64,000 nucleotides of DNA from an uncultured Planctomycetota bacterium (lineage in GTDB: Bacteria > Planctomycetota > Planctomycetia > Isosphaerales > Isosphaeraceae): the NCBI GenBank assembly GCA_963737655.1, contig CAVTTN010000002.1, forward strand, positions 4,736,001 to 4,800,000, written 5' to 3'. Below, piece by piece: positions 1 through 9,523 of this stretch. The translations under genes were made by a program, and so were the position numbers. The notes beneath the pieces are model-generated. The model did no database searches and was not told where the DNA came from. It worked only from the letters and a program-made list of their open reading frames with translations. Position 1 is the stretch's first letter; the number at the start of each line of letters is the position of its first letter.

Positions 1-119
1 CCGCCGGCCGAGCCCTCGACCTGAAGCTGGCCGAGCGCCTCGGTGGCCTTCTCGACGCTCTCGCGGATCTTCCCCGCGTTCTTCATCAGGTCGGCCAGGT
101 TACCAAGGTTGCCGAACAT
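1..119 (-). CDS. ybaB: YbaB/EbfC family nucleoid-associated protein (5' part; runs off window)
   Basis: Manual translation from ATG at 119 gives MFGNLGNLADLMKNAGKIRESVEKATEALGQLQVEGSAGG; lies directly downstream of dnaX as in the conserved dnaX-ybaB-recR order. Confidence 0.85.
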   Translation of the reverse strand, partial: MFGNLGNLADLMKNAGKIRESVEKATEALGQLQVEGSAG

Positions 120-186
120 GATGAGGGCTCCTCGAAGGGCGGGGACAAGGTTCGGTTGGGTCCGGTTCGATTCGATTCGGTTCGCT

Positions 187-2016
187 TCAGGAGACTTCCG
201 GGTCGTCGCCGAGTTCCAGGTGGATCGGGACGGGGGCCGTTTCAAACAGGTCCATCAGGCCGCGGACCCACGGATCGGATTCGAGCTTGCGGGCGAGCTC
301 GGCCTTGCTCGACGAGGGGGACGGCGACGATCGGCCCTCCTCCTCGGCGGACGGCTCGAACCGGACGGCCACCGCCCGGCCCAGGATCTCGGCCAGGGCC
401 GATTCGACGGCCGGGCGCGCCTCCTCGAACCGATTCGCCTCCGCATTGTACTTCGACCCGACCGCCACGACCAGCGTCCCGGAGGGTTCGACGGCCGAGG
501 GCCGGACCTGGCTCAGGAGGAACCGCCCGGTGCCGATCCGACCGATCATCTCGGCCCAGGCGACCCGGGCGGCGTCCAGGTCCGGGGCCCTCGAAGGCTC
601 GGCGATCGGCCGAGGGGCGGGCTCGGCCGGCGGAGGGGGCGTCGGGGCCGGAACCGGAGCCAAAGCCGGTGGAGCGGGACGGCTCGGGGCCTTCGACGCC
701 GTCGAATGGCCATTTCGAGCCGGCTCGGGCGTCGGCGCGACCGGGCGGGGCAAGACCGGGCGAGGCGGAGGGGCCGGTTCGTCAGCGGCTAACTTTTTTT
801 TTACGGTCGGCGGGCCGTCGCCGGCCATCGCCGAGAGCCGGCCGATCAATTCGGCGACCTCGGCGAGGTCTTCGAGCCGAGCCACGCGGATCAGGGCGAT
901 TTCGACGATCAATCGCGGATACGAGCTGCCCCGGAGCCGTCCCCGGGCCTCGGCCAGGATCTGCATCGCGGCCAGGATGGTGTCGATCGGCATGCGGTCG
1001 GCGATCGCGCGGAGCCTGGCGGATTGGCCGGGGGCCGCCGCCAGCAGGGGGACGCCGGCGCCCAGGGCCGTGGCCATCACGTCCCGGAGGAAATCGACCG
1101 ACCCGGCCAGGAGGTCCGACGGCTGGACGCCGGTCAGGCTCGCCGCCTCGACCAGGGAGAGCACCCGGGCCGCGTCGCGATCGGCCAGGGCATCCAGGAG
1201 GTCCAGGACGCGCTCATCGGGGGCGATCCCCAGGGCGCGGTGGACGGCCTCGTTGCTCAGCGACTTCCCGCCGTAGGAAAGCATTTGCTCCAGCAAGGAC
1301 TGGGCATCCCGCATCGAGCCCGAGGCCCGCCGGGCGATCGTGGCCAGGGCGTCGGGGTCGGCCTGGACGCCCTCGTTCTGGCAGATCTCGGCCAGGGTCG
1401 CGGCGATCTGGTCGGGGGTGATCCCGGCGAAGTCGTACCTCTGGCACCGCGAGAGGACGGTGATCGGGATCTTGTTCGGCTCGGTCGTGGCGAAGAAGAA
1501 CTTGACGTGCTCGGGAGGCTCCTCCAGCGTCTTCAACAGGGCGTTGAAGGCGCCGGTGGAGAGCATGTGGACCTCGTCGATGTAATAGATCTTGAATCGC
1601 GACCGGCTGGGCCGAAGGCCGGCGTTCTGACGGAGCTCGCGGACGGCCTCGACGCCGTTATTGCTGGCCCCGTCGATCTCGATCACGTCCACGTCCTGGC
1701 CGACGGAGATGGCCCGGCAGATGTCGCAGACGTTGCAGGGCGTCTCGGTCGGCCCGGTCACGCAGTTCAGGCACTTGGCAAAAATCCGGGCGATCGAGGT
1801 CTTGCCGACCCCCCGGGTCCCGCAAAACAGGTACGCATGAGTGACCCGATTGAGGCGGATGGCATTGCGGAGGGCCTGGACGACGTGATCCTGGCCCACG
1901 ACGTCCTCGAACGTCTGAGGGCGATACCGCCGGGCCACGACGGTATACGACGCGCCGTCTCCGGGGGCTTCGATCGTCGCTGGGGTCCGTACCACATCGC
2001 GCTCCGTCGCTTCCAT
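187..2016 (-). CDS. dnaX: DNA polymerase III subunit gamma/tau
   Basis: ARRYRPQTFEDVVGQ, Walker A GTRGVGKT, CxxC Zn motif, EIDGASNNGV, IDEVHMLS, TVLSRCQ; Pro-rich linker then C-terminal tau domain; start chosen at MEATERD. Confidence 0.97.
   Translation of the reverse strand: MEATERDVVRTPATIEAPGDGASYTVVARRYRPQTFEDVVGQDHVVQALRNAIRLNRVTHAYLFCGTRGVGKTSIARIFAKCLNCVTGPTETPCNVCDICRAISVGQDVDVIEIDGASNNGVEAVRELRQNAGLRPSRSRFKIYYIDEVHMLSTGAFNALLKTLEEPPEHVKFFFATTEPNKIPITVLSRCQRYDFAGITPDQIAATLAEICQNEGVQADPDALATIARRASGSMRDAQSLLEQMLSYGGKSLSNEAVHRALGIAPDERVLDLLDALADRDAARVLSLVEAASLTGVQPSDLLAGSVDFLRDVMATALGAGVPLLAAAPGQSARLRAIADRMPIDTILAAMQILAEARGRLRGSSYPRLIVEIALIRVARLEDLAEVAELIGRLSAMAGDGPPTVKKKLAADEPAPPPRPVLPRPVAPTPEPARNGHSTASKAPSRPAPPALAPVPAPTPPPPAEPAPRPIAEPSRAPDLDAARVAWAEMIGRIGTGRFLLSQVRPSAVEPSGTLVVAVGSKYNAEANRFEEARPAVESALAEILGRAVAVRFEPSAEEEGRSSPSPSSSKAELARKLESDPWVRGLMDLFETAPVPIHLELGDDPEVS
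782..804 (-). promoter_or_regulatory. putative recoding (slippage/frameshift) site in dnaX: GTA AAA AAA AAG TTA GCC GCT GA
   Basis: Nine T at 794-802 (A9 on the coding strand); -1 frame stop TGA at 782-784, +1 frame stop TAG at 789-791. Confidence 0.7.
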
Positions 2017-2049
2017 CCTGCCTTCCGGGCAGTGCCTCGCTGGGCCTCG

Positions 2050-2147
2050 GAGTGCTGAGTGCTGAGTGCTGAGTGCTGAGACTCTACCTTGTTTTGCGAC
2101 GGTCTGAGGCTTCGGACTCAGCACTCATTCCTCGGCACTCCGCACTT
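2050..2147. repeat. heptamer-arm inverted repeat: (GAGTGCT)x4 ... degenerate complementary heptamers
   Basis: GAGTGCT tandem 2050-2080; complementary ACTCAGCACTC..GGCACTC.CGCACTT at 2116-2147. Confidence 0.75.
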
Positions 2148-2168
2148 CTTTCTGGAGAGGGGGCCGGG

Positions 2169-2278
2169 GAGAGCCGGGGAGGTGCTCCCGGGCGCATGAA
2201 GGCGATGCTTATGGCTGCTGCGTTCCCGCCCTGACCAGGTTCGCAAGCCCCCATCGCCCGGGTCCCCCCCGGCTCACC
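2169..2278 (-). ncRNA. ffs: signal recognition particle RNA (4.5S)
   Basis: Minus strand reads GAACCTGGTCAGGGCGGGAACGCAGCAGCCATAAGC (SRP domain IV motif) inside a long GC stem; upstream of dnaX as is common; ends approximate. Confidence 0.9.
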
Positions 2279-2449
2279 CTGACCCCCGCCCCTTTGCTCG
2301 CTCGCTCGCTCGCCGGCCGGCCGACTGGGCACGGGCCTCCGGGCTCATTTTGGGATTGTCGGACATCGGAGGCCGGCATGCAAGGCCAGATCGCCGGGCG
2401 TGCAGGGCCGTTCCCTTCTCGACGCGGCGCCTGCCGTAAGCTCCTGGGG

Positions 2450-2517
2450 TGTCACGAGTTGCGAAGCCGGAACCCGTGGGCCGTCCTTCACGGGTTCCGA
2501 GGACGCAACCCGTGCCA
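2450..2517. repeat. palindromic REP-like doublet (GGCACGGGTT..GTCCTCGGAACCCG family), copy 1
   Basis: Nested palindrome CACGGGTT/AACCCGTG; aligns in reverse orientation with 27342-27408. Confidence 0.7.
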
Positions 2518-3071
2518 ACCACGGATGTTATGGCTTGGGTTGACTCGAAAACGAAACGGAACCCGAGCCACGCCGAACGTTACGGGTTCGATATTCTCGA
2601 AAACGAAACGGCCCAGGCCGGGCGGGGGACTAGACTCGAATCGACGGGATCGTCACGCAAGCGATCGTTTCTTAATTTGCTCCCGCCAACGACTTCCGGC
2701 GATCCGACGACCAAATTGGGACGACTTGGGACATTTTCGGGGGGAAAATCGCTCTGTTCTGGTGGCGTTGTCATCCATCCAACGTCGGATTTTCGGCGGC
2801 CTCGTCCGAACCGTTCGTGGAGCGATCGTCCACGGCCCTGAGCGAACCTTCGGCCGCCGGGAGGAACTCTCGGAGGCCCGGAGTCGATCGACGAAGAACC
2901 GCGATTGAGACCTTTCCTTCCGATTTGAGCACACGTCTCGGGGTATTCCTTCCCAGGGATTGGCCTTCACCGGTTCCGGACCCGGGGTCAGGGCTTCTGG
3001 TGCGTCCTACGCCCTGGACCTCGGCTCGATCCGGGGGAATCCCCGTCCTGTCTTTCCTCAGAGGACTCGGC

Positions 3072-3269
3072 ATGCTTTCGCTCCTCCCGAACCTTGGCCC
3101 CGGATCGCCGCTCGACGCCGTGCCCTTGTTGCTGGCCTATCTCGACCCGGGCAGCGGCAGCATGGTCCTCCAGGTGTTGATCGCCGGCCTGCTGAGCGGG
3201 ATGTTCTTCGTCCGCTCGTCCTGGGGCCGGATCAACGCCTGGGTGTTCGGGAACCGGGCCCGGCGATGA
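3072..3269 (+). CDS. small membrane protein with AYLDPGSGS motif
   Basis: GAGGA RBS then MLSLLPNLGPGSPLDAVPLLLAYLDPGSGSMVLQVLIAGLLSGMFFVRSSW...; one hydrophobic helix; ATGA overlap with next gene. Confidence 0.75.
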   Translation: MLSLLPNLGPGSPLDAVPLLLAYLDPGSGSMVLQVLIAGLLSGMFFVRSSWGRINAWVFGNRARR

Positions 3270-4651
3270 GCGAGCGGCCTCGGCCCGGGGCGTCGTTCCG
3301 CGACCCCTCGGGCTTCGTGTTCGTCCGCGGCCCGGACCTGCTCCGCCAGGTCAACCTCTCCTACCGAGACGACTACGACCGGCTGATCGGCTCGGGCCTC
3401 TACCGGTCCCTGGCCGACCTCGGCTGGCTGGTGGACCACGAGGAGACGGACGAGGCCCCCGGGACGGACGAGGCGGCCTATCGCGTCCTCCGGCCCGAGC
3501 GCGTCCCGTTCGTGTCCTATCCCTACGAATGGAGCGTCTCCCAGCTCCGGGACGCCGCCCTGCTGACCCTGGACATCCAGGAACGCGCCCTGGCCTCGGG
3601 CATGACCTTGAAGGATGCCTCGGCGACCAACGTCCAGTTTCTTCGAGGAAAGCCGGTGCTGATTGACACCCTGTCCTTCGCGAGTTACCGCGAAGGGGAG
3701 CCCTGGGCCGCCTACCGCCAGTTTTGCGGCCATTTCCTGGCCCCTCTGGCCTTGATGAGCCGGGTGGACGCCCGCCTCGGCTCGCTCCTGAGGCCCTATC
3801 CCGACGGAATCCCGCTGGACCTCGCCGCGAAGCTCCTCCCCTGGCGAGTTCGGCTCCGACCCGGGCTGTTCCTCCACCTGGCACTCCATGCAAAATTCCA
3901 GGGCTCGGAGGCGAAGGCGGCTTCCGCTCCTCCTCGGAGGGGGTTTGGCCGATCGGCCATGCTCGGGCTGGTCCAGAGCCTGCGATCGGCGATCCTCGGC
4001 CTGCCGACGCCCTCGATTCGGTCGATCTGGTCGAATTATCAGACAGACAACTCCTATTCGGATGCCGCCCGTCAGCTCAAGCACCGGCTCGTGGCCGAAT
4101 TCCTCGATCCGATCGCGCCGGAGACGGTCTGGGACCTCGGCGCGAACGTGGGGGAGTACGCGCGGATCGCCTCGGCGAAGGGGATCTCGACGGTGGCCTT
4201 CGACCGCGACCCGGCCTGCGTCGAGAAGGCGTATCGGGACGCCCGGTCCCGCGACGACCCCGCCTTGCTTCCCCTGGTCATGGACCTGGCCAACCCCAGC
4301 CCCGGGCTGGGCTGGGAGGGACGGGAGCGGGCGTCGTTTCTGGACCGGGGGCCCGCCGACCTGGTGATGGCCCTGGCCCTGGTTCATCACCTGGCCATCG
4401 GCAACAACGTGCCGCTGGCGAACCTCGCCGAGTTCTTCGCGAGGGCGGGCCGGTGGCTGATCGTCGAGTTCGTGCCGAAGACCGATCCCCAGGTCCGCCG
4501 CCTCCTCCGGGCCCGGGACGACATTTTCGGCGACTACCATGTCGAGGGGTTCGAAGCCGCCTTCGCCCCCCGGTTCGAGATCGTGAGGTCCGCCCCCCTG
4601 GAAGACGGGGGGCGCATCCTCTACCTGATGAGGCGCAAGGACAGGCCATGA
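3266..4651 (+). CDS. NoeA-like protein: kinase-like N-domain plus class I SAM-dependent methyltransferase
   Basis: SFRDPSG, SYPYEW, LKDASATNVQF..PVLID motifs; C-terminal VWDLGANVGEYA and LALVHHL; ATGA overlaps at both ends. Confidence 0.85.
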   Translation: MSERPRPGASFRDPSGFVFVRGPDLLRQVNLSYRDDYDRLIGSGLYRSLADLGWLVDHEETDEAPGTDEAAYRVLRPERVPFVSYPYEWSVSQLRDAALLTLDIQERALASGMTLKDASATNVQFLRGKPVLIDTLSFASYREGEPWAAYRQFCGHFLAPLALMSRVDARLGSLLRPYPDGIPLDLAAKLLPWRVRLRPGLFLHLALHAKFQGSEAKAASAPPRRGFGRSAMLGLVQSLRSAILGLPTPSIRSIWSNYQTDNSYSDAARQLKHRLVAEFLDPIAPETVWDLGANVGEYARIASAKGISTVAFDRDPACVEKAYRDARSRDDPALLPLVMDLANPSPGLGWEGRERASFLDRGPADLVMALALVHHLAIGNNVPLANLAEFFARAGRWLIVEFVPKTDPQVRRLLRARDDIFGDYHVEGFEAAFAPRFEIVRSAPLEDGGRILYLMRRKDRP

Positions 4652-6289
4652 CGCTCCTCCGGAAGTTTCGACCCGTCCTCCACCCGTTCCTCCTGGCGGT
4701 CTTCCCGATCCTCTCCTTCTTCGCCCAGAACGCGAGGGAGGTGGGGGCCTACGAGCTGACCGAGCCGATCGAGGTGGCGCTAGGGGCGTCGGCCGTCGCG
4801 TGGGTCGTCTTCTCGATCCTGTTCCGGGACGTCCACCGGGGGGGCCTGGAGGCCACCCTCCTGGTCGTCGGCTTCTGGACGATCGGCCGGGCCCCGGAAG
4901 ACGTCGCCTGCGCGCTGGAATACCTCAGCGAGTTCTGGGTGGTCCAGGATTTCCCGGCGTGGACCAAGACCGTCACGACCCTGGAATCCGCCCTTCTGAT
5001 CGCCGCGTTCGTCGGGCTGGGCTGGAGGCTGAAAGATCCCCGGGCCTGGACGTTGCGGCTGAACGTCTTCGCCGTGATCCTGGTCGCGATGCCGGCCCTG
5101 ACGATCTTCCGGGTCGAGCGCGAGGTGATCGCCACCGACCCGGCCCGCCCGGCCCTGGCGAGGCTGAAGAAGCCGGAGAAGCGGCCGGACATCTATTACA
5201 TCATCCTCGACGGATTCGCCCGGGCCGACGTCCAGAAGGCCCTTTTCGACTACGACCTGGAGCCGTTCCTGGCCCACCTGGAAGACCAGGGGTTCTACGT
5301 GGCCCGCCACGCCACGTCGAACTATTGCCAGACGCCGCTGTCGCTGACCTCCTCGCTCAACGGCGACTACCTCCCCGACCCTCCGACCGAGGAGGCGATG
5401 CAGTTCCCGCCCGATGCGGTCCTGGTCCGCGAGAATGCCGTGGTCAAGACGCTCCGGCCTCTGGGCTACAAGTTCGTCAGCTTCGCCAGCGGGTTCGACC
5501 ACACCGAATTGCCCGGGGCCGACGTCTATCTGTCCCCGTACCCGTATTGCAGCACGTTCCGCCGGGCCCTCCTGCTGGATACCCCGCTCTGGCGGTTCCT
5601 GCCCGACCCGATGCAGCACGACTCCTACACGATGACCCGCACCCGGACGAACTACGTCTTCGAGACCCTACCCAAGATCGCCAAGGACCGCGCGCACCAC
5701 GTTCACCTTCGCGCACATCCTCTCGCCGCATCCCCCGTTCGTCTTCGGCCCGAACGGCGAGGACGTGAGCCCCCGCCACCAGCACTATTTCCTGAACGAC
5801 GGCACGGTTTACATGATCCACTACGGCGACCCGGCGTCGTACGTGAAGGGGTATCACGATCAGGTCGCCTATCTCGTCAAGGGCGTCCGCAAGGCGATCG
5901 ACGGCATCCTCGCCAACTCGCCCGAGCCGCCGATCATCCTCCTCCAGTCCGACCACGGCTCGGGCCTGGGCCTGTTCCCGTTCAGCCTCGAACGGACCGA
6001 CCTCCCCGAGAGGATGAGCATCCTCAGCGCCTATTACTTCCCCGGAGGGAAGCGTCAGGGCCTCCACGACGAGATCACCCCGGTGAATTCGTTCCGGGTC
6101 CTGTTCAACAACTACTTCGAGGCCAACCTGCCGACCCTGCCCGATGAGAGCTATTTCTCGTCGTGGGTCGAGCCCCAGAAGTTCTCCCGGGTCACGGACA
6201 AGGTAAAGGGCCAGACCTACCACGGGCCGCCCCCTCCGCCTTCGACCAACCTGCCCGACGGCCGGAACCCCTTCGCGGGAAGCTTCTGA
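4648..6289 (+). CDS. multi-pass membrane protein with C-terminal sulfatase/LtaS-like (alkaline phosphatase superfamily) domain; frameshift near 5696
   Basis: About 5 TM helices, PDIYYIILDG, ATSNYCQTPLSL; after removing one base the frame continues PTFTFAHILSPHPPFVF...IILLQSDHG into ORF 5765-6289. Confidence 0.85.
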
Positions 6290-6318
6290 CGAGGCCCCGA
6301 GCCGGATCGGGCCCTGTC

Positions 6319-7818
6319 TCAGCCGAACTTCTTGACGACCGCCTCGCCCACGGCCTCGCCCACGGAGAGCCCGGCCGTGTTGTCCGACGGGTAATGGATG
6401 CCCCCGTAGATCCGGCTGATCCCGGCTTCCTGCGCGGCCTGGTCGAAGCTGGTGAAGTGCCGGGGCTGGACCCCGACGGTCGGGTCTCCGGGGTCCGTGA
6501 AGGCGAAATTCGGGCCGAAGACCGACGTCAACACCGCCGACGCCGCCGCGCTGAACGTGCTGTGACCCGAGATGTACGACGGGAAATTCGGGGTCGTCAG
6601 CAGGGGCGTCCAGCTCGGGTCGGAGGCCACTCCGGGCGTCCCGTTGGCGGCGGCCTGGCGGATCTCGGTCACGGGCCGGACCGTGTCGTCGGTCCACTTG
6701 CACGCCCAGCAGACGATCCCCGCGTCCGCCTCCGCCAGGTCGAGCAGGGCGAAGGTCCGGGCGTCCCGGGCGAGGGCCTGGGGCTTGCTCAGCGCGGCGA
6801 TCTCGGCGATCTGGTTCCACTGGCCGATGGGCGTGAAGGTGTCCACGCCGTCGGACCAGAACTGGGCGATCGCCGTCTGGTCGGCCGTCCTCGTGGTGCT
6901 ATTCTTCGATCCCAGCGACTCGACTTCCTGCAAATCGGCCACGAATTGCGGCGAGTTGAACGCCGGGGGCGGGGGCGGCTGGAACGCCGAGGCCGAGCTG
7001 ATGGCGAACGGCTGGACCTGGCCCCATCCCGGCAACAGGCCCGGGAGGTATTTGGGAGGAGTCGGCACCCAGTGGCCCGGCCCGCCGGGCGTCGGGGCCG
7101 CGACCGAGGCGGCCGAGGCCGAGCCGTCGTTGGCCCTCTGGGCCAGGATCGCCGAGCCGACCGCTTGCCCGAGGGCCTCGCCCCGGGCTCGGGCCCGCCG
7201 GTTGGGGACCGTGGCCTCGGCCTCATCGACCATCGCCGAGAACGACGACGCCCCTCCCGGCAAGACGGCCGCCAGGACGGTCCTCGCCGCCTCGGCCGCC
7301 GCGACGGTCGCCGACGCCCCCCGGTCCTTCGGCATGGTCACGAGGTATCCGGCCTCGCCCCGGGTCGCGGCCACCGCGTCGTGGACGGCCGCCTCGGCCA
7401 TCGCCAGGTCTCGCGAGGCGATCGGCGGGCTGGTCCCGGCCGCGCGGATCTGGGCAATTGCCACGTCGTTCGAATCAATCACCGCATCCCCGCGAGACAC
7501 CAGCACTTGCACCGACGTACCCGAGGTCCGATCGACCACCTCGAACGCCGACGGACCCCACGGCAACGCCGTCCGAAACCCGAACGCCCCCGAGCTTCCC
7601 ACGCGAGCCGTCGCCACCGGCCGCGAATGCCCCGAGCGTTCCAGGACGACCCTCTCCCCGGCGTTGGCCGTCCCGATGATCGCGACCTTCCGCGTGAGGA
7701 CCATCCCGTTGGCGTCCGGGTCCGATCTCTGGTCGATCGTCGCCGAGAGGCCCGAGAGCAAGGCGCGTTGTTCCAGGGGCTCCGGGGCAAACCGACGAGG
7801 CCGGGTCTTGGGGCGCAT
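6319..7818 (-). CDS. secreted vanadium haloperoxidase / PAP2 family protein
   Basis: KW..VRP, PNFPSYISGHS, SRIYGGIHY motifs; N-terminal EPLEQRALLS planctomycete export-type motif. Confidence 0.85.
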   Translation of the reverse strand: MRPKTRPRRFAPEPLEQRALLSGLSATIDQRSDPDANGMVLTRKVAIIGTANAGERVVLERSGHSRPVATARVGSSGAFGFRTALPWGPSAFEVVDRTSGTSVQVLVSRGDAVIDSNDVAIAQIRAAGTSPPIASRDLAMAEAAVHDAVAATRGEAGYLVTMPKDRGASATVAAAEAARTVLAAVLPGGASSFSAMVDEAEATVPNRRARARGEALGQAVGSAILAQRANDGSASAASVAAPTPGGPGHWVPTPPKYLPGLLPGWGQVQPFAISSASAFQPPPPPAFNSPQFVADLQEVESLGSKNSTTRTADQTAIAQFWSDGVDTFTPIGQWNQIAEIAALSKPQALARDARTFALLDLAEADAGIVCWACKWTDDTVRPVTEIRQAAANGTPGVASDPSWTPLLTTPNFPSYISGHSTFSAAASAVLTSVFGPNFAFTDPGDPTVGVQPRHFTSFDQAAQEAGISRIYGGIHYPSDNTAGLSVGEAVGEAVVKKFG

Positions 7819-8161
7819 GGGACGGCTTCTCCTTCGAACCCGTGGGGCGAGGCTGGATTCTCTCACTCGATCGCAGATAGGGCGGAGGGGACCGATCCAG
7901 GATACCCCGTCCGGGCCGGAGCGCTCCAGAGAAGCCCGAGGGATTCGGCGATCTTTTCCGGTCAGTTGAGAGAAAGCGACACGCCGGGGCGGATGGTCGC
8001 GAAATCGCCGGGCATCACGGGCCGCGATCGACGGCGATCGGGGGGCCTCGACCCGTCCAATTGGGGTTGATCGGCCGATTGGGGGGCGTTTATAACGTTC
8101 CGATCCCTCCCGGCCGAAACGGATTCCGGCGAGACCCTCGCTCCCAAGGACGTTTCCGACG

Positions 8162-8944
8162 ATGGCCAGCGCCGAATCTCACCCCAAAGCCCCGGGTTGC
8201 ACGGTCGATCTCGCCGGCCAGGTCGCCCTGGTCACCGGCGCCTCGCGAGGGATCGGCCGGGCGATCGCCCTGAAGCTCGCCTCCTGCGGCGCGTCGATCG
8301 CCGCCGTGGCGAGGACCGTCGAGGGCCTCGGCGGGACGATCTCCGCCATCCGCGAGGCCGGGGGCACCGCCGAGCCGTTCGCCGGGAGCGTGGCCGACCC
8401 GGCCGACGTCGAGCGGATCGTCGGAGAGGTGGAGGCGAAGTTCCCCAAGGTCCAGGTCCTGGTCAACAACGCGGGCGTGACCAGGGACGGCCTGTTCCTC
8501 CGGATGGACGACTCGGCCTGGGACGAGGTGATCGATACCAACCTCAAGGGCACGTTCCTCTTCTGCCGCCACGTCGGCGCCCTGATGATGAGGCAGAGGT
8601 ACGGCCGGATCATCAACATCACCAGCGTGAGCGGCCTGAAGGGGAACCCGGGGCAGGCCAATTACTCGGCGAGCAAGGCCGGGGTGATCGGGTTCACTCG
8701 GACGATCGCCCGCGAGCTCGCCTCCAGGAACGTGACGGTCAACGCGGTGGCCCCCGGGTTCATCACCACGGACATGACCGACGTCCTCCCCGAGAAGGTC
8801 AAGACCGAGGTCAAGGAGCACATCCCGCTCCGCCGCCTCGGCAACCCGGAAGACATCGCGGACCTGGTCGCCTATCTCGCCGGCTCGGGCGCATCCTACC
8901 TGACCGGCCAGGTCATCGCCGTGGACGGAGGGATGACCTGCTAG
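8162..8944 (+). CDS. fabG: 3-oxoacyl-ACP reductase
   Basis: [26 protein letters not shown]; fab cluster context. Confidence 0.95.
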   Translation: MASAESHPKAPGCTVDLAGQVALVTGASRGIGRAIALKLASCGASIAAVARTVEGLGGTISAIREAGGTAEPFAGSVADPADVERIVGEVEAKFPKVQVLVNNAGVTRDGLFLRMDDSAWDEVIDTNLKGTFLFCRHVGALMMRQRYGRIINITSVSGLKGNPGQANYSASKAGVIGFTRTIARELASRNVTVNAVAPGFITTDMTDVLPEKVKTEVKEHIPLRRLGNPEDIADLVAYLAGSGASYLTGQVIAVDGGMTC

Positions 8945-9105
8945 TAGGGTGCATGAAATGCACCAGGCACGCGGCGGCCCAACTCCGCCACCCATCTCGT
9001 CTCGTCTTCGACTGCGACCGGAACAGGTTCTGGAAAGCGGCCTCCGGCCGCCGCGGTTGGCGGGTTTCACCCGCCCTACATGACGGTGGGCTCCGCCCAC
9101 CCTGC
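8944..9105. repeat. mixed REP cluster: GTAGGGTGCATGAAATGCACC ... GGCGGGTTTCACCCGCCCTAC ... GGTGGGCTCCGCCCACCCTGC
   Basis: Three different short palindromes carrying a GTAG or GCAG foot between fabG and acpP. Confidence 0.7.
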
Positions 9106-9285
9106 AGGAGTCCTGGACAACTCCCCGCCGGATTGCTAGTTTGGGGCGCTTTGGGACCGCCCCGCGGAACCCGCCCAGGTGGATTCTCGGGGCCTGATCG
9201 GCCGATAGATGACGAACATCGTCCCAGACGCTCCGATGACGGACGCGGGACCGTTTGGATTCGGATACCAGGAGGAGGTCTTCCC

Positions 9286-9519
9286 GTGTCTGTGGAAGAA
9301 CGCGTGATCGAGATCGTCAGCGAGCAGATGGGCGTCGCCAAGGACCAGATCAACCGCGAGACGTCGTTCGTCAACGACCTCGGGGCCGACTCCCTCGATA
9401 CCGTCGAGCTCGTCATGGAGTTCGAGGAAGAATTCGATATCACGATCCCCGACGAGGAGGCCGAGAAGATCCAGACCGTCGGCCAGGCGATCACGTATAT
9501 CGAGGAACACTCGAAATAG
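9286..9519 (+). CDS. acpP: acyl carrier protein
   Basis: GTG start after [22 protein letters not shown] phosphopantetheine motif. Confidence 0.97.
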   Translation: MSVEERVIEIVSEQMGVAKDQINRETSFVNDLGADSLDTVELVMEFEEEFDITIPDEEAEKIQTVGQAITYIEEHSK

Positions 9520-9523
9520 AGGC

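Noticed and set aside
2290..3070. Possible tRNA or riboswitch in the long spacer upstream of ffs
   Set aside because: No cloverleaf with T-loop and CCA and no riboswitch consensus recognisable by eye; an Infernal/Rfam scan would settle it
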